From contig NC_069007.1 of assembly GCF_001194135.2 (NCBI RefSeq), forward strand, positions 4,243,098 to 4,307,097: a stretch of DNA of 64,000 nucleotides, in the 5' to 3' direction. Source of the stretch: Octopus bimaculoides. Taxonomy: Eukaryota. The notes beneath the pieces were generated by a model. It saw only the letters and a program-made list of their open reading frames with translations. It was not told where the DNA came from and did no database searches. The translations under genes and the position numbers were made by a program. Shown here one piece after another: positions 61,601-64,000 of this stretch (position 1 is the first letter of the stretch; each line of letters begins with the position of its first letter).

Positions 61601-64000
61601 CAGATCGTCAACTAAAATGGGACTGACCACTCCAGCAAAAGGACAAACATCTGCAATTTTTATTCCCACTTCTAAGACTACAACTACTGCAGAGCAGACC
61701 ACAACATCCGAAGGACAAACTTCTGGAGTACCTGTATCTGGTCTTGTTGTAACACCAACTGAAAATTCAGAACTGTCCACTCCAGCCGCAGGAGTTTTGT
61801 CTACAGAATCTGTAACATCTGGATCAACAGGAAAAGGTGAACTGACCACTCCAGCCGCAGGAGTTTTGTCTACAGAATCTGTAACATCTGGATCGACAGG
61901 AAAAGGTGAACTGACCACTCCAGGTGCAGGAGTTTTGTCTACAGAAGCTTTAGTATCTGGATCGACAGGAAAAGGTAAACTGACCNNNNNNNNNNNNNNN
62001 NNNNNNNNNNNNNNNNNNNNNNNNNNNNNNNNNNNNNNNNNNNNNNNNNNNNNNNNNNNNNNNNNNNNNNNNNNNNNNNNNNNNNNNNNNNNNNNNNNNN
62101 NNNNNNNNNNNNNNNNNNNNNNNNNNNNNNNNNNNNNNNNNNNNNNNNNNNNNNNNNNNNNNNNNNNNNNNNNNNNNNNNNNNNNNNNNNNNNNNNNNNN
62201 NNNNNNNNNNNNNNNNNNNNNNNNNNNNNNNNNNNNNNNNNNNNNNNNNNNNNNNNNNNNNNNNNNNNNNNNNNNNNNNNNNNNNNNNNNNNNNNNNNNN
62301 NNNNNNNNNNNNNNNNNNNNNNNNNNNNNNNNNNNNNNNNNNNNNNNNNNNNNNNNNNNNNNNNNNNNNNNNNNNNNNNNNNNNNNNNNNNNNNNNNNNN
62401 NNNNNNNNNNNNNNNNNNNNNNNNNNNNNNNNNNNNNNNNNNNNNNNNNNNNNNNNNNNNNNNNNNNNNNNNNNNNNNNNNNNNNNNNNNNNNNNNNNNN
62501 NNNNNNNNNNNNNNNNNNNNNNNNNNNNNNNNNNNNNNNNNNNNNNNNNNNNNNNNNNNNNNNNNNNNNNNNNNNNNNNNNNNNNNNNNNNNNNNNNNNN
62601 NNNNNNNNNNNNNNNNNNNNNNNNNNNNNNNNNNNNNNNNNNNNNNNNNNNNNNNNNNNNNNNNNNNNNNNNNNNNNNNNNNNNNNNNNNNNNNNNNNNN
62701 NNNNNNNNNNNNNNNNNNNNNNNNNNNNNNNNNNNNNNNNNNNNNNNNNNNNNNNNNNNNNNNNNNNNNNNNNNGAGTTTTGTCTACAGAATCTGTAACA
62801 TCTGGATCAACAGGAAAAGGTGAACTGACCACTCCAGGTGCAGGAGTTTTGTCTACAGAATCTGTAACATCTGGATCAACAGGAAAAGGTGAACTGACCA
62901 CTCCAGGTGCAGGAGTTTTGTCTACAGAATCTGTAACATCTGGATCGACAGGAAAAGGTGAACTGACCACTCCAGCTGAAGAATATGTATCTACAGTATC
63001 TGTAAAATATCCTGGATCTACAACAAAAAGGGAAATGGTCACTCCAACTGTTGAGCCTATGTCCAAAGTATCTACACAATCTTCAGAAACTACAACTAAA
63101 AAGGAACTCACCACTCCGACTGAAGGACATGCATCTACTGTGTCTGTAACATCTTCCAGGTCTTCAACTACAAGAGAACTGACCACTCCTGCAAAAGGAC
63201 AAACATCTGCAATCTTTATTCCCACTTCTAAGACTGCAATTACTACAGAGCAGACCACAGCATCCGAAGGACAAACTTCCAAAGTACCTGTATCTGGTCT
63301 TGTTGTAACACCAACTGAAAATTTGGAACTGACCACTCCGTCTAAAGGACACACATCTACAGTGTCTGTACCATTTTCTGGATCAACAACTGAAGGTGGA
63401 GTGACCACACGAGCTTCAGGACATTCATCTACTGTATCTGTACCACCTTCAGGATCAACGATAAAAGGGGAACTGACCACTCCACCTAAAGGACATCCAT
63501 CTACTGTATCTGTAACATCTTCAGGATCTACTACAAAAGGTGAGATGACCACTCCAGCTGGTGGACATCCATCTACCGTGTCGGAACCATCTTCTGCATC
63601 AACAAGAAAAGGTGGAATGACCACTCCATCTAAAGGACAAGTATCTACAGCATCTCTACCATCTTCACGATCAACAGCGAAAGGTGAAGTGACCACTCCA
63701 GCAACAGGGCATTTATCTACAGTGTCTGTACCATCTTCTGGCTCCACAAGTAAAGGGGAAATCACCACTCCAGCCATAGAGCATATGTCCACAGTATCTG
63801 CACGATCTTCAGAATCTACAACTAAAAAGGAACTGACCACTCCACCTAAAGGACATCCCTCTAGTGTGTCTGTAACATCTTCCATGTCTTCAGCTACAAA
63901 AGAAATAATCACTTCAAAAGGAGAAACATCTTCTGTATCAACAGCAAAAGAGGAACTGACCACTCCAGCAAAAGGACAAACATCTGCAATTCAAATACCC
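3826..64000 (+). CDS. SSPO: SCO-spondin-like / hemolectin-mucin-type secreted protein (multi-exon, 5' and 3' incomplete): EMI-EGF-TB-like-(VWD-C8-TIL)x3-LDLa x6-FA58C-like-PTS repeats
   Basis: 35 GT-AG exons with consistent phases give one stop-free frame of about 1840 aa, plus a PTS exon. The D3 segment [45 protein letters not shown] followed directly by LDLa repeats matches my recollection of SCO-spondin. Homology is well supported, but orthology to SSPO is not proven. Confidence 0.9.
4130..4470. repeat. About 39-bp minisatellite
   Basis: About 8 units of CAATCTTTAATCCATCATTTGAACTGTGTCTCAATCT.. Confidence 0.85.
4560..5085 (+). mobile_element. Decayed CR1/L2-group LINE 3' fragment
   Basis: [23 protein letters not shown] resembles the post-RT region of CR1/L2-group elements; frameshifted. 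Confidence 0.6.
6258..6557. repeat. 16-bp polypyrimidine minisatellite (TTCTCCTTTTTCCCTC)n
   Basis: About 19 nearly perfect units; explains the [16 protein letters not shown] pseudo-ORFs. Confidence 0.95.
6916..7125 (+). mobile_element. SINE family B (GCCTTTCATCCTTTCGGGGTCGATAAATTAAGTACCAG core)
   Basis: Abundant family. Other copies at about 3225-3425(+), 9290-9475(+), 9485-9675(+), 10060-10230(+), 10305-10500(+), 18040-18150(-), 33270-33545(-) and 54470-54750(-). Confidence 0.85.
8005..8066 (+). CDS. Exon a2: end of EMI ([20 protein letters not shown])
   Basis: tttttag/gtaagt, phase 2/1, CCxGYxGxxC is the EMI C-terminal motif. Confidence 0.88.
8212..8432. mobile_element. Mariner-derived MITE of about 220 bp (copies 17729-17951 and 29555-29770)
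   Basis: TIR TA(C/T)GAGGGGGTGCTGAAAAGTTCCTGG...CCAGGAACTTTTCAGCACCC, TA-flanked, three related copies. Confidence 0.88.
8445..8900 (+). mobile_element. Mariner 5' fragment (TIR and HTH region)
   Basis: TTGGGTTGGCAAGAAAGTAAT TIR; [29 protein letters not shown]. Confidence 0.88.
9802..9906 (+). CDS. Exon a3: EGF-like ([30 protein letters not shown])
   Basis: ttgtag/gtaagc, phase 1/1, 6-Cys EGF spacing. Confidence 0.95.
10638..10808 (+). CDS. Exon a4: follistatin-N/TB-like module (GYCYSGSHC...[12 protein letters not shown]...KCIPCE)
   Basis: tttgcag/gtgagt, phase 1/1, CC-x6-SW and CIPC pattern. Confidence 0.88.
10915..11510. repeat. Compound microsatellites (CA, TCTA, GTCA, GTCT, ATTATAAT)
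   Basis: Visible directly. Confidence 0.95.
11741..11943 (+). CDS. Exon a5: VWD1 start ([29 protein letters not shown])
   Basis: ttttacag/gtaaat, phase 1/0, VWD TFDG motif. Confidence 0.95.
11986..12464 (+). mobile_element. Tandem dimer of a piggyBac-type MITE (2 x about 228 bp, 23-bp spacer)
   Basis: TTAA|CCCTT...AAGG(G)|TTAA ends; units 11986-12213 and 12237-12464. Confidence 0.85.
13176..13278 (+). CDS. Exon a6: VWD1 ([21 protein letters not shown]...)
   Basis: ctttttcag/gtatgt, phase 0/1, supplies the phase change needed between its neighbours. Confidence 0.85.
14705..14869 (+). CDS. Exon a7: VWD1 end (...[13 protein letters not shown])
   Basis: ctcatag/gtaagt, phase 1/1, GLCG motif. 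Confidence 0.95.
15145..15326. repeat. (GAT/GAC)n trinucleotide tract
   Basis: About 60 triplets at the (GAT)n tail of a family C fragment. Confidence 0.95.
15743..15828 (+). CDS. Exon a8: (D)[28 protein letters not shown]
   Basis: tctttccag/gtatga, phase 1/0, DDF...FANSY is typical after VWD. Confidence 0.88.
16845..16958 (+). CDS. Exon a9: C8-1 start ([11 protein letters not shown]...[16 protein letters not shown])
   Basis: ctttcttag/gttagt, phase 0/0. Confidence 0.88.
17291..17664 (+). mobile_element. SINE family A with TSD
   Basis: TSD TCACATCTGCC(G/A)T at 17278-17290 and 17665-17677. Confidence 0.94.
18559..18724 (+). CDS. Exon a10: C8-1 ([10 protein letters not shown]...[21 protein letters not shown])
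   Basis: tttcag/gtaagt, phase 0/1, C8 motif. Confidence 0.95.
19363..19830 (+). mobile_element. Mariner transposase internal fragment
   Basis: [10 protein letters not shown] (WVPHEL-like)...FLDRLVT; downstream [28 protein letters not shown]; frameshifted. Confidence 0.9.
20435..20675 (+). CDS. Exon a11: TIL-1 and E module start ([14 protein letters not shown]...GCECVPG)
   Basis: actttcag/gtatgt, phase 1/2, TIL Cys spacing. Confidence 0.95.
20900..21218 (+). mobile_element. SINE family B with tandemly reiterated 3' end
   Basis: Family B core followed by repeated CCCC..AAATTTCAGGCC units up to a gap. Confidence 0.85.
21837..23575 (-). mobile_element. Penelope-like retroelement (RT and GIY-YIG), decayed and 5'-truncated
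   Basis: [63 protein letters not shown] linker, LVYAAEC...IYVGCT GIY-YIG; frameshifts and stops; 3' end in a gap. Confidence 0.93.
23592..23733 (+). CDS. Exon a12: E1 end and VWD2 start ([10 protein letters not shown]...[14 protein letters not shown])
   Basis: ctgttttag/gtttgt, phase 2/0. Confidence 0.95.
24607..25340 (-). mobile_element. SINE family D with its 5' head present three times
   Basis: Head block repeats at about 24850-25018, 25033-25170 and 25195-25340 around a 14-N gap. Confidence 0.85.
25440..25757 (+). CDS. Exon a13: VWD2 body
   Basis: tttccag/gtaata, phase 0/0, 106 open codons ending [11 protein letters not shown]. Confidence 0.93.
26074..26454 (+). mobile_element. SINE family A with TSD
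   Basis: TSD TGTTTGCGTGT at 26063-26073 and 26455-26465. Confidence 0.94.
26541..26702 (+). CDS. Exon a14: VWD2 end ([15 protein letters not shown]...DPC)
   Basis: tttatag/gtaagt, phase 0/0, GLCG motif. Confidence 0.95.
27035..27508 (-). mobile_element. SINE family D, about 470 bp with a central (TA/CA)n tract and a GAGTAAAA-type tail
   Basis: Head GGAGTGGCTGTGTGGTAAG...GGTTCAGTCCC. Other copies or parts at about 5330-5490, 7350-7490, 7745-7915, 12760-12990, 18870-19035, 23770-24160, 44200-44360, 45141-45540(+) and 52450-52815(-). Confidence 0.88.
28213..28444 (+). CDS. Exon a15: C8-2 (AEATCKFL...[16 protein letters not shown])
   Basis: Pyrimidine tract then aaaag/gtaagt, phase 0/1, C8 motif. 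Confidence 0.93.
29836..30097 (+). CDS. Exon a16: TIL-2/E2 ([12 protein letters not shown]...CVPGCAC...KCPC)
   Basis: aattag/gtaatt, phase 1/2. Confidence 0.95.
30181..30715 (+). mobile_element. RLE-type (R4/Dong-like) non-LTR element 3' fragment
   Basis: ILWDFPI...PDIIIKD...[10 protein letters not shown]...[15 protein letters not shown]; flanked by (AAT)n. Confidence 0.85.
30761..31460 (+). mobile_element. R4/Dong-like 3' end, present twice across a gap (30761-30936 and 31265-31460)
   Basis: [20 protein letters not shown] plus 3' UTR, embedded in (AAT)n. Confidence 0.85.
32011..32206 (+). CDS. Exon a17: E2 end and TIL' ([10 protein letters not shown]...CPKNQ...EGCGCDPG)
   Basis: tttgaag/gtaagt, phase 2/0. 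Confidence 0.95.
32670..32803. mobile_element. Mariner-type MITE, about 135 bp
   Basis: TIR TAGGTTGAGGAAAAAGTTAGTG / CACTAACTTTTTCCTCAACCTA. Confidence 0.88.
33085..33176 (+). CDS. Exon a18: E' ([18 protein letters not shown]...GCTE)
   Basis: attacag/gtaagt, phase 0/2. Confidence 0.93.
33612..33890 (+). mobile_element. R4/Dong-like 3' fragment
   Basis: VTVIPVVA...EHAQKTAL motif after an (AAT)n tract. Confidence 0.7.
33957..34006 (+). CDS. Exon a19: 50-nt exon ([17 protein letters not shown])
   Basis: tttcacag/gtaagc, phase 2/1, required to link a18 to a20. Confidence 0.87.
34092..34572 (-). mobile_element. Second dimer of the same piggyBac-type MITE, inverted, with the same spacer
   Basis: Spacer 34322-34344 is the exact reverse complement of 12214-12236. 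Confidence 0.85.
35359..35548. repeat. Long inverted repeat (84-bp arms, 22-nt loop)
   Basis: Arms 35359-35442 and 35465-35548 with 6 mismatches. Confidence 0.93.
36039..36380 (+). CDS. Exon a20: VWD3 ([28 protein letters not shown]...[12 protein letters not shown])
   Basis: tttattag/gtaagt, phase 1/1, strong VWD signature. Confidence 0.97.
36405..36740. repeat. CT-rich compound microsatellite with an internal duplication
   Basis: Visible directly. Confidence 0.9.
37210..37450 (+). mobile_element. SINE with CORE-like central domain and V-like tail
   Basis: tRNA-like head; TTGTGTTCTTGAGCAAAACACTT core; CCCTGTGACAGATTGGTGTCCCATCCAGG tail. Confidence 0.8.
37502..37710 (+). CDS. Exon a21: VWD3 end ([16 protein letters not shown]...FGHSWR...SPCE)
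   Basis: tttaacag/gtaagg, phase 1/0. Confidence 0.97.
37760..38720 (+). repeat. Local tandem duplication of intronic DNA; the first copy carries a SINE
   Basis: CATAACTATATACATTCCTTAAAGAAATATCCACACTACACCATTAGAATAGCG starts at both 37829 and 38501. Confidence 0.9.
38010..38308 (+). mobile_element. SINE with family-A central domain and a different (V-domain-like) tail
   Basis: TSD ATGTCCCACTA at 37997-38007 and 38309-38319; tail CCTGTGACGGACCGGCGTCCTGTCCAGG. Confidence 0.88.
39776..39909 (+). CDS. Exon a22: C8-3 start (RRFWAEESC...FKAC...CMDDACG)
   Basis: cctttag/gtaagt, phase 0/2. Confidence 0.95.
40712..41064 (-). mobile_element. SINE family A with two internal deletions
   Basis: Matches family A apart from missing blocks of about 20 and 14 nt. 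Confidence 0.9.
41175..41284 (+). CDS. Exon a23: C8-3 end ([15 protein letters not shown]...[12 protein letters not shown])
   Basis: tttgaag/gtaagt, phase 2/1, D3 hallmark motif. Confidence 0.97.
41793..42221. mobile_element. pogo/Tc2-type MITE, about 425 bp, inserted in TA
   Basis: TIR TACCGTAAATCCTCGAGTA / TACTCGAGGATTTACGGTA; subterminal TGCGTA(C/T)TATA repeats. Confidence 0.9.
42303..42452 (+). CDS. Exon a24: TIL-3 ([20 protein letters not shown]...EGCFCPSG)
   Basis: tttcag/gtaagc, phase 1/1. Confidence 0.96.
42738..42898 (+). mobile_element. R4/Dong-like 3' fragment
   Basis: [17 protein letters not shown], with (AAT)n on both sides. Confidence 0.82.
42929..43170 (+). mobile_element. 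R4/Dong-like 3' fragment, different subfamily
   Basis: IGALGAVSK...[17 protein letters not shown], with (AAT)n on both sides. Confidence 0.82.
43710..43803 (+). CDS. Exon a25: E3 ([21 protein letters not shown]...CKN)
   Basis: ttaccag/gtatgg, phase 1/2. Confidence 0.94.
44803..45110 (-). mobile_element. SINE with CORE-like central domain and family-A tail
   Basis: The reverse complement shows a head, then TTGTGTCCTTGTGAAAGAT, then the family-A 3' half. Confidence 0.82.
45619..45776 (+). CDS. Exon a26: E3 end and LDLa-1 ([28 protein letters not shown])
   Basis: cttgtag/gtaagt, phase 2/1, DCxDxSDE motif. Confidence 0.96.
45917..46284 (-). mobile_element. SINE family A
   Basis: Near full length; flanked by TATATATATCA on both sides. 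Confidence 0.93.
46385..46600 (-). mobile_element. SINE family B, young-looking copy
   Basis: CpG-rich reverse complement of the family B consensus. Confidence 0.88.
46806..46919 (+). CDS. Exon a27: LDLa-2 ([30 protein letters not shown])
   Basis: ttttccccccag/gtaagt, phase 1/1. Confidence 0.96.
47580..47905 (+). mobile_element. CRE-like RLE non-LTR element C-terminal fragment
   Basis: CDSFAP...[21 protein letters not shown]...[18 protein letters not shown]; GC-rich island with in-frame stops. Confidence 0.75.
48342..48620 (+). mobile_element. SINE with CORE-like central domain and a third tail type
   Basis: TTGTGTTCTTGAGCAAGTCACTTTATTTCAC core followed by an unrelated 3' region. Confidence 0.7.
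48730..48852 (+). CDS. Exon a28: LDLa-3 ([32 protein letters not shown])
   Basis: tcttcag/gtaaat, phase 1/1. Confidence 0.96.
49316..49432 (+). CDS. Exon a29: LDLa-4 ([30 protein letters not shown])
   Basis: ttttctag/gtacgt, phase 1/1. Confidence 0.96.
49850..50500 (-). mobile_element. Possible 5' fragment of an APE-type LINE
   Basis: SLRTLTWNV resembles the APE endonuclease N-terminal motif; the rest is unrecognisable. Confidence 0.35.
50760..50890. mobile_element. Tc1/mariner-type MITE, about 130 bp
   Basis: TIR TACAGGGTGTCCACAAAGTCTGG / CCAGACTTTGTGGACACCCTGTA. Confidence 0.9.
51035..51145 (+). CDS. Exon a30: LDLa-5, atypical 8-Cys ([36 protein letters not shown])
   Basis: ccttggcag/gtaagt, phase 1/1. 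Confidence 0.94.
51915..52293 (+). mobile_element. Retroposon family C copy
   Basis: Same sequence and (GAT)n tail as 1134-1495. Partial or older relatives lie near 2195-2270, 14960-15145, 15325-15460, 28555-28930, 35630-35890, 39250-39450, 41500-41660 and 49030-49200. Confidence 0.85.
52874..52990 (+). CDS. Exon a31: LDLa-6 ([30 protein letters not shown])
   Basis: tttgccag/gtgagt, phase 1/1. Confidence 0.96.
53544..53911. mobile_element. MITE-like element (53719-53911, about 48-bp TIRs) preceded by a truncated tandem copy (53544-53680)
   Basis: CAATTGCAGC.TGGAA.GTGTTTATAAG is inverted at the 3' end; the copies are separated by (TA)n. Confidence 0.8.
54003..54035 (+). CDS. Exon a32: 33-nt linker micro-exon ([10 protein letters not shown])
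   Basis: ctattacag/gtaagt, phase 1/1, S/T/P-rich; there is no domain signature. Confidence 0.68.
55189..55257 (+). CDS. Exon a33: 69-nt linker exon ([22 protein letters not shown])
   Basis: gtttttgcag acceptor, weaker gtagct donor, phase 1/1, Thr-rich. Confidence 0.6.
55673..55998 (+). mobile_element. SINE with CORE-like central domain and family-A tail
   Basis: Head, TTGTGTTCTTGAGTAAAACACTT, then GTAATTCAAAGGGCCAGCCTTGTCAC...CCGATGGAGTG. Confidence 0.85.
56835..57268 (+). CDS. Exon a34: Thr-rich linker and N-part of a degenerate FA58C/discoidin domain
   Basis: ctgccag/gtagtt, phase 1/0; CVDINGLSS...IKDEWI...YRLRP...[10 protein letters not shown] follows the discoidin layout. Confidence 0.88.
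57797..58178 (+). mobile_element. SINE family A with a perfect 15-bp TSD
   Basis: TSD ATTTCACCTGCCACA at 57782-57796 and 58179-58193. Partial copies also at about 5511-5650 (-) and 15912-15977 (+). Confidence 0.96.
58709..58850 (+). CDS. Exon a35: C-part of FA58C-like ([24 protein letters not shown]...[11 protein letters not shown])
   Basis: attttcag/gtaagt, phase 0/1, ends in the discoidin-type L-x-I-x-GC motif. Confidence 0.9.
60344..60621. mobile_element. hAT-type MITE
   Basis: TIR CAGGGGTTTTCAAACT / AGTTTGAAAACCCCTG; perfect 8-bp TSD ATATAGAG (60336-60343 and 60622-60629). Confidence 0.93.
61372..64000 (+). CDS. Large mucin-like PTS repeat exon (acceptor probably in gap 61272-61371; runs off the window)
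   Basis: Stop-free T/S/P/G/K/E-rich frame on both sides of gap 61986-62774; 23-24 aa repeats such as [23 protein letters not shown] and [24 protein letters not shown]. Confidence 0.9.
61380..64000 (+). repeat. Coding VNTR of 69/72-bp units with higher-order structure
   Basis: Recurring GAACTGACCACTCC anchor; near-identical 69-bp copies at about 61780-61985 and 62775-62975. Confidence 0.92.

Larger units (their letters stand above)
5192..62774. other. Assembly gaps (N runs)
   Basis: 5192-5267, 13441-13450, 16105-16473, 19039-19362, 21219-21836, 25019-25032, 30937-31213, 35056-35073, 48127-48205, 61272-61371 and 61986-62774. Confidence 0.97.

Noticed and set aside
61939-63963. 674-aa and 253-aa (61157-61918) minus-strand ORFs
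   Set aside because: Antisense shadow of the PTS exon. Stops in that frame need a sense Tyr codon after T/C or a His/Gln codon after T, which the repeat avoids. The plus frame has typical mucin composition and fits the gene.
1-64000. CRISPR arrays, rRNA, prokaryotic operons or defence systems
   Set aside because: No repeat-spacer arrays or rRNA similarity were seen; the window is an intron-rich animal gene.

Overview
Repeat- and microsatellite-rich eukaryotic genomic DNA with 11 N gaps. The SINE/MITE repertoire and simple-repeat load suggest an octopus (coleoid cephalopod) genome; this is inference. Almost the whole window is one plus-strand, multi-exon gene for a giant secreted SCO-spondin/hemolectin/gel-mucin-type protein. 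I traced 35 GT-AG exons from 3826 to 58850 (5525 nt, about 1840 codons). Their intron phases chain together in one stop-free frame, and they are followed by a large Thr/Ser/Pro-rich repeat exon (<=61372 to beyond 64000). Domain order: EMI-like, EGF, follistatin-N/TB-like, three VWD-C8-TIL assemblies (D1, D2, D'D3), six LDLa, short S/T linkers, a degenerate FA58C/discoidin, then mucin-like PTS repeats. The start codon/signal peptide and the 3' end were not resolved here. The introns hold several tRNA-headed SINE families, mariner remnants, mariner/pogo/hAT/piggyBac-type MITEs, a Penelope-like element, RLE-type (R4/Dong-like and CRE-like) LINE ends and a CR1/L2-like fragment. The most notable observations are the hybrid protein architecture (including GDPH in D3), a MITE dimer whose junction recurs in inverted orientation 22 kb away, combinatorially shuffled SINE modules, and a Penelope element abutting a splice acceptor. 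All calls were made by eye without database searches. Family names are from remembered motifs, and TE boundaries are approximate unless a TSD or TIR is quoted.
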